A stretch of DNA of 64,000 nucleotides. Origin: Squalus acanthias. Taxonomy: Eukaryota. Below the pieces are notes generated by a model that saw only the letters and a list, made by a program, of their open reading frames with translations, was not told the origin of the DNA and did no database searches. Both the position numbers and the translations under genes were made by a program. Location of the stretch: contig CM059438.1 in the NCBI GenBank assembly GCA_030390025.1, forward strand, positions 68,388,001-68,452,000. The letters are read 5' to 3'. Shown here one piece after another: positions 24,503-37,631 of the stretch. Numbering within the stretch: the stretch's first letter is position 1; each line of letters begins with the position of its first letter.

Positions 24503-25395
24503 GGGTTAAAAATTCACTTGGTTGCGCCTCCCGTTAGCGCCTTAAGAGGGCGCTAATGGGGCGCAAAGCCGCTAACGCCCGGGCGCAGCGATGTTTGCGC
24601 CGCTCGAGAACTTAACTTGAGATTGTGCGGCGGCGCTAAAACTTACCGCTGCGACCACCTGCGCGCGCAGATTGTGACGTCATTCCATGGTGCAACGCCC
24701 TTGTGGCGCCCCGTAGCAGAAATTGAGTGGCGCCCCCTGCCTTACCGCCTGGCGCTTCCAACGACCAGAGGACTGGAACGCTATCAATCGCTGTGGGGCT
24801 GGGGGGGGCGCTATTTAAAGGGGGCCTCTTCCTGTCTTTTATTGTTGGTGGCATTTTTGAACTACGCATTCTGAGAGAGAGAGGGAGAGACTTCTGGAGA
24901 GATTCAACGTTGTGTGAAGGAGTTTTGGGTACTGAGCAGCACTTTGCAGGTTCATTTTGATTTGCCATTCCTTGTATCGATTTAGCAGAGACTGTGGGAG
25001 CTGCACTCTGAGCTCTTTGCCTGGTACTCTCCATTGTACTTTCCAGCACATTTGATGTGCAAGTCTCTCCAGGCCGAGATTCAAGGCTGCAATGAACAGG
25101 ATGTGGATGGAAAGCAATATTAACCATCCCCTTTAAGAACTGGCCCGTGCCATTGTGTGTGTGTTCCATTGCTGACTGACATTACATGAGCTTCGCCAGC
25201 GCTCCGAGTTAGCGCCTCACTGCTCGCCCTTTGCGCCTTAAGAGAGGTGTGCAGCGCCTGCTTTAGCGCTCCACTCACCTCCCGGGGCGGGAAAAGTGAA
25301 GTTTCCTGTCAGTGCCGATAATTAGCGCCAGGCGCTAATATTTGCGTCCGGACGATATTTGCACCCCAAATGGGGCGCGACCTAATTTCTACCCC
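24503..25395. mobile_element. Non-autonomous Harbinger-type TIR element (family M3 ends, distinct interior)
   Basis: Ends GGGTTAAAAATT / AATTTCTACCCC; AAT on both flanks (24500-24502, 25396-25398); subterminal sequence shared with 37632-38374. Confidence 0.85.
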
Positions 25396-25398
25396 AAT

Positions 25399-26312
25399 GA
25401 GCCCAATTTTAACTCCGGGCAAGGTTTGGCCGCGTGGCCTGCGCTTTGAGTTGGAAACTCACTCCTTGCTGCAGAAATGAGGCCGATCTATATTAAACCC
25501 CCCATGCCTCATTTAAATCCCGCCAGCCCATTGAGGGTGGGATGTTGGCGGGAAGGGGCGGAACATCGCACGAGCTGGAGGCCACTCGCTGGCACCAGGC
25601 AAGTAGTGGGATCAGTTTGGAGGGCCATGTCGAGGAGGTCTTGCGTTCGGGGAGAGGGAGGAAGTCTGTGGCAGGGGTGGCCTGAGCTTTTCTTGTGTGG
25701 CCTGGAGGGGTGCACCTGCTCCTCCTGGCCTCGCAAGGAAAGGAAGCCGATTTGCCAGTTTAGGTCTTTTGTGGCCTGAGCTCCAGCTCCCGCTGTCTTC
25801 ATCTGACGGGAAAGCCTCAGCGGCTCCCCAATCAGGCTATCAGTTAAAATCCATATGCAAAGGACACTGCCAGTTTTGGGCGTGTATCCTCGCCAATTGC
25901 TCAGTAGAGCAGCTTAAAATTCGGAAAGGTGAATTCCTGGCGACTTTGGCAATTTTAACCAACAACAACAACAACTTGTATTTATATAGCGCCTTTAACG
26001 TAGTAAAACGTCCCAAGGCGCTGCACAGGAGTATTTTAAGACAAAAAATTTGACACCGATCCACATAAGGATAAATTAGGGCAGGTGACCAAAAGCTTGG
26101 TCAAAGAGAGAGGTTTTAAGGAGCGTCTTAAAGGAGGAAAGAGAGGTAGCGAGGCGGGGAGGTTTAGGCAGGGAATTCCAGAGCTTAGGGCCTAGGCAAC
26201 TGAAGGCACGGCCACCAAAGGTTGAGCGATTTATAATCAGGGATGCTCAAGAGGGCAGAATTAGAGGAGCACCTGGTATCTTCTGAGCAGAAAGGGTTAA
26301 AATCGCAGCCCC
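25399..26312. mobile_element. Degenerate TIR element containing an L2 insertion
   Basis: Ends gagcccaattttaac / gttaaaatcgcagcccc; GC-rich interior resembles 43994-44580. Confidence 0.45.
25961..26272 (-). mobile_element. L2 LINE 3' end
   Basis: (aac)n tail followed by ttgtatttatatagcgcctttaacgtagtaaaacgtcccaaggcgc; near-identical to the ends of the 42247 and 53761 copies. Confidence 0.85.
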
Positions 26313-27957
26313 CTAGTTTTTTTTGTCAGCAATAATATAATGGAAATCTTGCTCATGACTAAACAAATTTGAACTTGGAATGCATTTGTTTAGCAACAAG
26401 AAACATTGAAGATTTAATATTTTTTCAAGTTCTGAACCTTCTCGGTCGGAGACAAGATGAGAATTAAATTTAGTGAGGGAGTTTAGAAACTAATGCGGCT
26501 GTTAAATGTTAAAAGGGAGTGCGATGAGACATGTGAAAGCATGCGTGGACTGAATATTAATGCATTATTTGTGATGGATTATTTCTGAAATCAGACAGTG
26601 ATATGGTAAGTACTAGTAGTTCTGTTCTCTCCCTCTGGAGCACTTCAATGTAAAGGTGTCAGTTTGTCACAATCAGATCCCCTGCCACAGTTTCTTAATT
26701 TAATAGCTCAAGGCTGCACATTCTGCTTTCTCTGTGCATTACCCGCATAAAGCTGTCTTTTTTTTGCTGGGGGTGGGGTGCAGGGGTAGAAGGGGGTTAA
26801 TTCAAAGTGCATTGTGCATTTTAGCCTGTATGTGCAATAAATAAAAACATACTGAAATATCTTTTGGCTCTTGCATAATTGAAGGCCTTTGGGGAGAATT
26901 TCTCCTGGTTATTACGTGTTTGTAAAATATCATGATTTCTCAAGAAATCTTTCTGCTATGTTTGCAATGTCATGAATACAAAGCCCAACAGAGGAAGTCA
27001 CCTGCGCAACTTTCAATCCCCTTATGACATCAGAGCTTGAGCTGCAACTTAGCAACAATCCGTGGCCTTAATTGTAGTGGCCATACATTATTGAACTCAA
27101 GCATATCAACTGATGAGCTTCTATCAACCCTCAGATTGTTAGTCTATGTACAGAGACACATTATCATCTGCAAATGGTACATTTGGGATGGGACAGATAT
27201 TCCCTACAAAAAAAAAGGAAAACTGAACATCAGTTTGAGTCTGTCATGAAGCCTTCAAGGGAATGGTGATTGAACCCGTAGGAATTTATTTTATTCGTGC
27301 TACGAACAGCCAGCAGAGGAAAAATCTTTCATCCCTGTTCATAGGTAACTTGCCAGAGGTGAAAGAACATTTTAACGCTCTGCATGGCACAGCCCAGAAT
27401 TAGTAATCCTCATCATATCCTGAGGTGAGGCATTGACTTTTCTAAAGCATTTATGGGCTTGTCCTATTTATAAAGGCTCAGATTCCTATTAGCGGTCTTA
27501 ATTGGACAAAGGAGCTTTTGGTACAAAACGTATTTTTTAATCAAAGCAGACGATGGGCAAATTAAAATGATAAACGCTAGCTAATGCCCAACGCCATTCA
27601 ACCGCATCAGTGTTTCAAAGGGCAAGTGGCCAGTTATTTCAAACTCCGATTCTGGTTAATCCTGTAAAACAAGGTTCCCAACTTTCATTTTGTCTGAAGA
27701 TGATAAGGTCTGAAGAGAAAGGCAGGGCATTTGGTTTGCTAATAATGTTCCAGTTTCTTGTAGTGAATTGAGATGTCATTCAACATTTTAGATACATGGA
27801 ACTTTGATATTAGTACTCACAGCAATAAGGTTCTAATTTCACTCACTGACATTTATTTTTAGTTGTTGTATTGGTTGCATGCTGTTGGCTCTTGGTGTCA
27901 GGTGGGGTGGGGTGGGGGGGGGGAAGGTTCTGCTGGTAATCCCGAAGTAAACCTATA

Positions 27958-28691
27958 GGAGAAAAATTAGGTGGCGCCCTTTTTGGGCACTAACGTCGTC
28001 GGGACGTTAATTTTAGCGCACTGAAAAAGTTAGCGCCCCTCCGCCGGAAATTCAGTAGTAGCGCCCCAAGCAGGAGGTGGAGCACTACTGGAAGCGCCCC
28101 ACCTCCTTCTTAGGGCGCGACTACTGAAGTTCGTGGCGCGACGTCCAACAGCATCATGCGAGGCGGCACCTAGTGCCGCGTCATCGCAGGCCTCCCTTCC
28201 CTGATTAAAGGGGAGGGGCCTAGCGCTGTGTGCACCGGGGCCCTGCTGGACCACTGGGGAGCGGGGTGCAGTGAAAACAGCCCGACACTCAAGAGGAGTG
28301 CCGGGCTGAGCGATCGCAGCCAGCACCCCGCAGAAAAAGGTGAAAGGTGGGCAGGTGCTGGCAGTCGACCAAAATAAAAATGGCCGCCCGACACCTGCCC
28401 TTCAAGTAGCGCCACCGCCGCTGCAAAAGCGCCCCCTGATCCTGTCGGACATATCGTCGGCCGATAGGTCAGGGGGCACAAGGGAAGTTTGCGGCCGCGG
28501 CGCAAGCGGGGCGCTGACCTCATCGCCGGCGGCGCAGCGCCGCGAGGTGCTACCGGCTACCACCACCGCTAACCACCCTCTGAATTTCGCGGGAGACATT
28601 AGCGGCGCCACTCTCGGGCGCTAGAGGATTTGCCCCCCCCCCCCCCCCGGGGGTGCTAAGGAGAGGCGCAAATCAACCCAGTTTTTCCCCC
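27958..28691. mobile_element. Non-autonomous Harbinger-type TIR element (family M3)
   Basis: Ends GGAGAAAAATT / AGTTTTTCCCCC; ATA on both flanks; colinear with 37632-38374. Confidence 0.85.
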
Positions 28692-29455
28692 ATAGAATTT
28701 GTTGATGCTTACCACCAAGAAGAGCTGTTTTATTTTTTTAAACTAGGTTTTAACCAGTGCCTGATATAGGAACGTAGGAATTGCTAAATGAGAAAAGACC
28801 AAGGTTCATATAGTTCGACTTCTATCCATCCCCGTGGCCGCTTGATACAACAATAATGGAGTTGTTGACTAATCATGGCAATTAGCCTACAATGGACGCA
28901 GACATCTGGGCCGGAATTTTCTGGCGTCCGTGCGGGTGTGATTGTAGGCGGGTCGGGTGGGAAATTTGAAAAAAGTTGCAGTGGGTCGGGCACCCGCCAT
29001 CATCTGGCCCCCACATGCCTTTCCTTCGGGCGCATTTGCCGGTGCGGCAGCGACCTGAATGGCAGAGGCGGGCGCCTAATTCAAATCATTATCAGCTTGT
29101 TGTCAGACCCTTAAGCATCTTTTCAGCCTACCTTTCAAATTTCCGTGGCTGCCTACGGGATTCACGCAGCTCGGGAACCACGTCTGTCAGCCTGAGACGG
29201 GAGTTGAGTGGCCATTGCTCCAGCTGATTAGATGACAGAATGAAATGTAGTATAAAACCTCCCATCTCACAGCTGATCACTTTCCTCAGGCAGAAGCTAT
29301 TGCTGACTGCATTCCCAGCACAGATTTAGCTTTCTACAGGCTGCTAGTGTTTCTAGCAAAGTCGCCATCCAGTCTCACCTCATTGTTACAACCTATCACA
29401 CCATTGACAGCTTGCGCCTCCAATCTCTACTTGACCTGCCATCTATTCCATCAGC

Positions 29456-30660
29456 ATGGCTGCCGTTTATACTGTGTCACCTTGGTCCTCACAATCGGAC
29501 CACGATGAGCCCCAACACCAGCAGCACCAGGCACACCAGCAGCGCCAACAACAACACCACCAACCTTCTCCTCAACCACCTGATGCTGCACAGGACAGAG
29601 GGCATCAGCGCAGGGCTGCACCACACCGGCAGCGATAACCTCAACACAGGGTATACAGACAGAGGATGAGCTTCCTCAACATGACTGAGCAGCAGTGCCA
29701 AAGGAGGTTCTGGCTATCACGCCAGGCCGTCGCAGACATTTGCACATTGCTGGAGCAAGACCTGCAGCCCAGAGGAGCGGGTGGATATGCCTTACCAGTG
29801 GTTGTCAAAGTCATCAGTGCCTCATCTTCTTTGCCTCAGGCTCCTTTCAGGGATCTGCAGCAGACATTTGCGGCATCTCACAGTCAGCCGCCCACAGATA
29901 CATCACAAAGGTCACCGATGCCCTGTTTGACAAGTCAGCCAATGATATCAACTTTGCCACTGATGAAGCCAGTGTTACTGAGCGGGCGCTCGGCTTTGCG
30001 GCTCTGGCTGACTTCCCGTGGGTGCAGGGCATCTTCAACTGCACACATGTGACCATCAGGGCACCCCATCATAACCCAGGAGTCTTTGTTAACCGTAAGG
30101 GCTTCCACTCCCTCAATGTGCAACTCGTCTGCAACCATAGGAAGATCATCATGCATGTGTGTGCCAAATTCCCTGGCAGCTGCCATGACTCTTTCATCCT
30201 GTGCCAGTCCAGCCTCCCTCATCTCTTCGCTCCTCCAAACAGACTTTCCGGCTGGCTGTTTGGAGACCAGGGCTATCCACTGCAGATGTAACTCATGACA
30301 CCCTTGAGGAGACCAAGTACTGAGGCCCAGGAGAGATATAATGAAAGCCACATTTCCACCAGATGTGTCATAGAGTAAACAAAAGGCATGCTGACAATGC
30401 ACTTCAGATGCCTTGACAGATGTGGAGGAGCCCTTCAGTACGCACCAGCCAGGGTCTCCAGAATCATCGCGGTCTGCTGCACCCTGCACAACACAGCGCA
30501 GCAGCGAGGATTAGTGCTGCATGAGGAGCAAGGCACTGAGCGTACAGCCTCTTCAGAGGAGGAGGAGCTGGAGGAACATGCGGGCCAGATTCCACCAGCA
30601 CCCGAGCACATTGCTGCCCGGGAGACCAGGGATGGCCTCATCATGTCCAGATTTACTTAA
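29456..30660 (+). pseudogene. Harbinger DDE transposase (HARBI1-like, DDE_Tnp_4), disrupted
   Basis: FFASGSFQ...GISQSAAHR...[13 protein letters not shown]...[16 protein letters not shown]...[10 protein letters not shown]...[11 protein letters not shown]...RYNESH...RCVIE...FRCLD...CCTLHN; stops at 29636, 30289 and about 30376; frameshift near 29822; first catalytic Asp changed to Asn. Confidence 0.92.
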
Positions 30661-30934
30661 CTTTACGCAGTACACCCATATGGCTGCCACATGCTGTGCC
30701 AGGTTGGCACCACCCCACAGCAGCACCATAGAGGATCCCTATGATGACCAAGCCATTCCTTTCACACTGACCACCATGAGGTACCGTGATCTCTCACACA
30801 AATGTGTCCAAGATGGGAAACTGGTGAAAATAAAGATTTTCATGGTTGACCATACATTAACGCAAACTTGACATTAACATTGACTAAAACACTCAAGTGG
30901 CTACCCATGTGAATCTACTTGTGTGTCATCGTTC

Positions 30935-31949
30935 TCTTCTGCGTGCTTCTACGAGGTGCTACCCCTGTGGCTTCAGCAGAGGTCGAGGCAGCCTGCTCAC
31001 TTCCCTGCTGCGACTGCTTAGACACTCTTGTGGGGGCGGGGGGGCTCTTGGTGAACCTATGGGAGAGTAAAGAGATGAGTTAGATATGCCATATGAAGAA
31101 TGGGTACTGGTACCATTGTGCACATGATGACCATTCAGTGGCTGCTGACATTAGTCCCCATATGAGTGACTGATGTATGCCATGTATGATATGTAATTCT
31201 GTCATCAGATTGCTGAGCTGTCCCCCTCTCTCTGTCTCCCACCTCCAGCTGCTCAGCCACTCCCGATACTTTCAACGCAGCCTCCTCTGCTATTATGGGC
31301 GTGGCAAATGATGGTGGCCCATCTCCAGTTCTCTCCCTCTCCCTATTATTGTACACTCTCTTCTTCTGCAAGGAGGGAAAGAAGAGAAGGTTGTGTGAGT
31401 GTGATGGAATGAGTGTAAGGAATGGATGGGTTACATCTTTAGAGGGAGACTGTGATGGAGTGTGGTGCCAATGCCAAGTGGCCTCCTTGCGTGTTGTTAG
31501 TTGGTATGATTGCATTAGGATGAGGCTGAAAATGAGGGGTGGCTAGTAAGATGGGGATGTGATGATGTAAATAGAGAGAGAGGGATGGGTGGACGTGCAA
31601 GGTATGTTGGTGTGAGTAATGATGTGCAGGGGTGGGGTAGGGAAGGCAGAGTGATGGGGATGTGATGAGAGGCACAGCAGGATGAGGTTGAGTGTGGCTT
31701 TGTACTCACCTTTCCAGATCTAATGAGATCATTGAAACGTTTCCGGCACTGCACCCAGGTCCTCCTGAACACATCCCTGCTGTTCACCTCCTCTGCAATT
31801 TGGAGCCAGGCTCTTTTTGTCTCCTTGGGAGGTCTCTTCCACCCATTGGAAGGGAAGAGAACCTCCCTGCGTGCTCTGACTCCCTCCACAACGATATGCA
31901 GGGAGTCATCAGAGAACCTGAGTGCAGCCCTCTGCCTCTGTGCCGCCAT
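30935..31949 (-). pseudogene. Harbinger Myb/SANT-like gene, spliced, defective
   Basis: Exon 1 31949-31710 MAAQRQRAALRFSDDSL...AWLQIAEEVNS...RRTWVQCRKRFNDLIRSGK; exon 2 31365-31206 KKRVYNNRERERTGDGPP; exon 2 donor mutated GT>AT; most of exon 3 deleted. Confidence 0.88.
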
Positions 31950-33406
31950 CTCTCCAACTGTTTGGAGCAATCAAAACATCCAGTGTGCAGCCTGCACAGT
32001 CCTAGATGAACCTTCAAATGCAATGCGGCCACGGCTCCTTTAAATCTACCAGCTGAAAACGTGTCATGGATGACGTCATCAGACCCGCACCATTTAATTG
32101 GGCTGGGCAACATGCAGGGCCGGCTTAATCGGCCCCATTAGCGCAAAGTCGATTTCTGCAGCGGAATGGAAGCAACAATGGGGTCCGCGACCCGTCACGC
32201 CGACCGCCCGCACCCGACTCGCCCAGGTACAGAAACTTCCGGCCGTGGTGAGAAAAACCCCCAGTGATGGGAAGCTTTGGGAACCATAGGTCCAAATTCA
32301 GCTGTTCTACCGAAGCATGCTGCACTTACTATGTGTCATGTCTCAAATTACTTTAGTGAATGCAGCATCAGGGCCTAACGGCTACAGCACGGTAGACTGC
32401 CCGTTAAAAACAACTTTTGCTTGCTTACGTTTACCTGCATGCCTGTCATCCCTCAAGTTAAGTCTGATGTACACCTGCGATAACACTCAACTATATCAAA
32501 ACAGGATAAGGATTTGTTAAAATGAAAGGAGAGCTTTACTCAAACCATGTGAGTTTGAAAAGTTAATCTGGAGCTTGAGAAGACAAATACGTGCAGACAA
32601 GTAGAGAACCTTTCTACTCTTCCAATAAACACTAGGAAGCATTCCAACCCACCAGCTACCTGATTACCTATTTGGGAATATGCATGAACTACATAACCAG
32701 TAAAGAATCATGGTGCAGATCTCTTCCCAGTCCTTGATATCGTATCAATGCAGCTGATCTTAATACTTAAAGGGAAATACAATCCCTCCATTTCCCTAGT
32801 TTGCTATGAATAAATGACTTGACTCTCACTTGTTAGTTGTGGGAAACTTGGATACCCTTCACCCACAAAGGCTGGAAAACTCATGCACAATCCACTCCAT
32901 CCAGCAATGGCTGATTATTGTGTCAGCTTGGCCCAGGTGAAGCCTCGAGATCAGAAGATTTTCTCTCGCGAGCGCAGGCAACAGCCGCGCAGCCGACCTT
33001 CCCAAAATGGCGACAACAGCGGGACTCGCCGGAAGTAGACGGAAGCGAGGCTGCTGCCATTTTTTCTCCAATACCGGCTCATCTTGGTGGTAAGCCTCAA
33101 CAAGTTCTATGACTGTTTATATCCCGCATCCAGGCTGGCCACCCAGTAGGGTAGTAAGAGAGTGCTGCGTTATCTGAGGTGCCATTCTACTGTTGAAACA
33201 TGAAACTGAGATCCTGTTCCAATGGATTTTACAGAACCCATGGCACTGTTACAAGACGAGCAGAGATTCCTTCTGGTCAACGTTCCTCCAAAAATTAAAA
33301 AAAACAACACAGTTTTAACTGCAATTCTTGTCATTGCTGATGGGGATTTCTAGCTACACAGTTACTGTCACAGAATGCATTTCAAAGAGTAATTCATTGG
33401 TGAGAT

Positions 33407-33568
33407 TGGTGCAGATTTTCACCTTCACCACCTGGGCAGCAATCTGGCGTAGCTATCATCCATCCTTTGTAGAACCCGCCTGGTCTTCATTCCATTGAAA
33501 TCATAAAAAGACCGTTCGATCCGCCCAACCAGATTACCGCCCTAGTGGCAAAGACAAAAATCGACCCC
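33407..33568. mobile_element. Short degenerate palindromic MITE
   Basis: gattttcaccttcaccacctgggcagcaatctgg pairs imperfectly with ccagattaccgccctagtggcaaagacaaaaatc. Confidence 0.5.
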
Positions 33569-33834
33569 ACTGTGTGAATCACGCTGAGATATTTTAGCTT
33601 AATGAGGCACTCTATAAATTTAAGGAATATATTCGTGGAACTTTGATACAAGCCTCCCATTGCCGTGCCCCTGGGGAAATTAGTCACAGTTTTCCTCTAT
33701 TCTCCCCAGCCACTCTCTTAAGGTATTTTTCCCCCAACCAACACCTGGGAACTTGTACCCAATCCCACTGGTTCTCCAGCATTTGGATTTAACCTGACTC
33801 CCTTCTTGGGCAACTTGCCGCTGTCTTGGATATT

Positions 33835-35025
33835 AGCCTTGGCTCAGTGGTAGCACTCTTGCCTGTACGAATCAGAATGGGTTTGTGGGTTCAAAGCCCC
33901 ACGCCAGGACTTCAGCATAACATCTCAGCTGACACTTGAGTGCAGTACTGAGGGGGGTGGTGCACTTTCGAAGATGCCATCTTTCAGATGAAACCCCGTT
34001 TGCCCTCAGGTGGAAGGAAAAGATCCCACGGCACTATTTCGAAGAGCAAGTGTGAGGTGGTGCATTTTGGTCGGAAGAATAAGGAGGCCACATACTCCTC
34101 GGAAAATAAGAGTGTAAATGGGGTAGAGAAGCAAAGGGATCTAGGGGTACAGATCACTAAAAGTAGCAAAGCAAGTTAATAAGGCTATTAAACAGCAAAC
34201 CAAGCACTGGGGTAAAGGGATATAATTGAAAGACAGAGAAGTTATGTTAAACTTGTATAGAACCTTGATTAGACCACACTTGTAGTATTCTGCACAGTTC
34301 TGCTCTCCATGTTATAAAAAGGATATAGAGGCACTAGAGAAGGCGCAAAAAAGATTTACAATGATGATACCAGAACTGAGAGGTTATACCTATCAGGAGA
34401 GATTGAACAGGCTGGGGCTCTTTTCACTAGAAAAGAGAAGGTTGAGGTGGGACCTGATAGAGGTCTTTAATATTAGGAAAGGGTTTGATAGGGTAGAAAA
34501 GATATTTCTACTTCTGAGGGAGACCAAAACTAGGAGCCATAAATATGAGATAATCACTAATAAATCCAATAGGGAATTCAGGAGATATTTCTTTACCCAG
34601 AGAGGAGAGTGGTTAGAATGTGGAACTCGCTACTACAAAGAGTAGTTGAGGCGAGTCGCATAGATACATTTAAGGAGATGCTAGAGAAACACATGAGGGA
34701 GAAAGGAATAGAAGGTTATGCTGATAGGGTTAGATGAAGAGTGACGAGAGGAGGCTTGTGTGGAGCATAAACACTGGCATGGACCAGTTGGGCCAAATGG
34801 CCTGTTTCTGTACTGTACATTCTATGTAATTCTATATAAGTTCTCTTAGGGATAATTATTGGCCAGGACACTATCAACCAACATCACCAAACAACAGATT
34901 ACCTAATCAATTTGTGTGCAAATTACACAACAACAATGACTACACTTCAAAAAGTAATTCATTGGCTGTGAAATGATTTGTCATGGTCTGAGATTGTGGA
35001 AGTGACGATATAAATGCAAGTTTGT
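33835..35025 (+). mobile_element. Deu-core SINE split by a CR1 3' fragment (about 34047-34840)
   Basis: tRNA-like head tggctcagtggtagc...ggttcaaagccc and Deu core up to about 34046; then CR1 (KCEVVHFGRKN, QRDLGV, ERLNRLGLFSLEKRRLR, ttctat tail); SINE 3' half resumes at about 34855. Confidence 0.75.
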
Positions 35026-36825
35026 TTGTTCTTTTAAAAATCCCCCCACCCTCAACATATTCGGCACATTCCACTACCAGTCCAATGCTGATATCACTCG
35101 AAGCAGCTGCCTCATGGTTCATAAGTGTGGGTTGGATTGCTTCATCCTCCAGTGATTATACTCTGCATCTACAAGGGATGTCGATTGATTCCACTCAGTT
35201 GCTCCTCAACTCAGATAAGGAAATCACCATGTTGCAAATTGTGATCGGTAACCTACTTCCCACTATTTATCACAATATTTTGATGCAAAGAGCTAAGCTG
35301 CCTCCCGCCAAAACCCTCCCCCGCCAAAACAAACCCAAGTCGACTGTGATCTCTGTCTTCTTATCAATGTAACTAAATGATAAATACAATGGATAACAAT
35401 ACCATTCAGAATATCCAGCCTCACTTAGCCTAAAACAGCAAGTTTTCAGGAGAACTGATATTGAATATAGATATAGGCTACTGCTTTCCCATTAATAACT
35501 GAATTACTCGATTAATTAAATTCACCATGTTTGGCTGCTACTCCATTAGTTTTTATCATCTCCTCTGGGCATCCCATTTTAAATCCTGTTTTACTGTGGA
35601 GAAGGAGAGTATTCTTCCTCTTCTCTTACAGGGGAATTTGAATAGAAATAACTAAAGAAAAAAGGGCAGTTCCTCAGATAATGTAGGTTTGGATGTAATG
35701 TCATAGGAGCAGTAGATCATTTTAGCAGCAATGGTTTTAAGGAGATATGCATCAATAGCCCAGATTGCCCCCAATTATTATAGGAAACCAGGAGGCTTGA
35801 TTTCCATCTTCTCAGCTTAGAGAATTCTGTTCTATTAATACAATAGCAATGACACATAAATTCACTGAATTTATCGTCACATCTGCACTTTACCTGGTAA
35901 TGAAACCTTAATTTATAAAACCGATTGAGGCATTATATCATTTGGAGAAATACAGACTGGTTGGATTAATATACACTGCACATAGTTCTTAATTTGTAAT
36001 AAATTACATTTTCGAAATCCTGGCTTTTTTCTCTCCTATTAAAATTGTTGACACTTTTCCTGAAGAGTAAAAACAGTGAGCTCACATCTATCTCAACAAC
36101 ACCTGTACTCCACTGATATAGAGGTATTTAACATGGGCGTACGGGTGAAGGCCTAGCTGAAAGACAAGTAAAAGGAAAATCTATTGTAGCTTGTCTTGCA
36201 TTCAAATATTCTCTTTCACATGATCACTATCACTCTTTTTGGGCTGTTCATGTATCTTCTAGCTGAAAGACCATCCCATTAATAATGAGGTCTTAATTAT
36301 ACTGCAGTGACCTTTTTACATCCAGTTATATAGAACCTTTTTTTTGTGTGTCAGCTTGCTTGTAAACCCTGATGAGATCAGTCAAAGCTGGAGCTCAGTG
36401 TTCAATTGTAAATTTTGCATCTGTACTAATATCTTGGGTTTAATGAGACATTATACTAATGTGCCAAGGACTGCTGATTAATTTCATTTTTGAAGATATT
36501 TATAGTTTAGACAAGTATCGATGATACTTTGATTAAGCGAAATACCGTACTGGTTCGTTGCTCTCTGTTGAAGTCTGTAAGAGATTACACGGTCTCATCA
36601 GGTTGTTGTCAGTCAAGCTGAAGTGTTTTTTCTTAAAAACTAGTGGACACTCCAGCTAATCAAGTTGACTTTTGTTGTGCACCAGTTAAGATTTAATTGT
36701 TTTTAAACTGTGGTAAAATGGCTGGCAATTCAGATCCCCGGGGATGTCCAACATGATAAGCGATAAGAAACTGGCAGGAGTTTATCATTGTGATGATTGA
36801 CTGAATAAATGAAATAGAAAGAATA

Positions 36826-37210
36826 AAAACTTCACATTCTCAGAATGTCCCAATGGGCTTCACAGCCAATGAATTACTTTTAAATTGTAGTCATTGTTTT
36901 TATGTAGGTAACCATGGCAGCCAATTTTCACATAGCAAATTCCCACAAACGACAATGAGGAAAATGACCAGCTAATATGCTTTTGATGGCTTGGGTTGAG
37001 AGATAAATGTTGGCCAGGACACCAGAAGCTATTCCTGCTCTTCTTCGAATAGTACCATGGGATTTTTGTTATACCCATCCGAAGGTCTTATCCAAAAGGC
37101 AACATCTCTGACAATACAGCACTCCCTCAGTACCACACTGAAGTGCCAGCCTAGATTACATGTCAAAGTCCTGGAGGGGACCTTGAACCCATGATATTTT
37201 GACTAACAGT
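36826..37210 (-). mobile_element. Deu-core SINE
   Basis: Colinear with 40368-40818, including actccctcagtacc and cttgaaccc. Confidence 0.8.
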
Positions 37211-37454
37211 TTAGAAATTTGAATTTGGTTTGGGTGGTGTTGCTTGGTTTTATTTTTTGAATCTTGTGTCATCAAATACAGCTGGGTACCCAGTCAGTGT
37301 GCAGAACTTTGTGATGAGATAAGCAGGAGGAAATCCATGCCCTTGCTCCTGAGTGACACAGTTTATTATTATGGACAACTTGCCTTGGCCCCAAATTGGG
37401 TGAAATATGCAGCTGAGACTGTTAATTTATATTGCTAGTAGTATCATCCCAAGA

Positions 37455-37605
37455 ATATTCAATGGGGAATTGGATATATACTTGAACAGTCAAACTTTGC
37501 AGGGCTATGGGGAAAGAGCAGGGGAGTGGGACTAATTAGATTGCTCTTCCAAAGACCTGGCACAAGCATGATGGACCAAAAGTCGCCTCGTGCTGTGATT
37601 CTATG
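37455..37605 (+). mobile_element. CR1 3' UTR fragment
   Basis: ttgcagggctatggggaaagagcaggggagtgggactaatt...gtgctgtgattctatg. Confidence 0.75.
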
Positions 37606-37631
37606 AACAGGACACCTTTATGAAACTCTAA

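Larger units (their letters stand above)
28908..32245. mobile_element. PIF/Harbinger DNA transposon (family A), two convergent genes, defective
   Basis: TIRs GGGCCGGAATTTTCTG / CAGAAACTTCCGGCCG; transposase on plus strand, Myb gene on minus strand; no clear TSD. Confidence 0.92.

Noticed and set aside
31515..31970. 151-aa ORF (and 17678-18118) as a complete NAIF1/MSANTD host gene
   Set aside because: The sequence after RSGK is read-through into intron 1 (gtgagt donor), and the genes lie inside transposon TIRs
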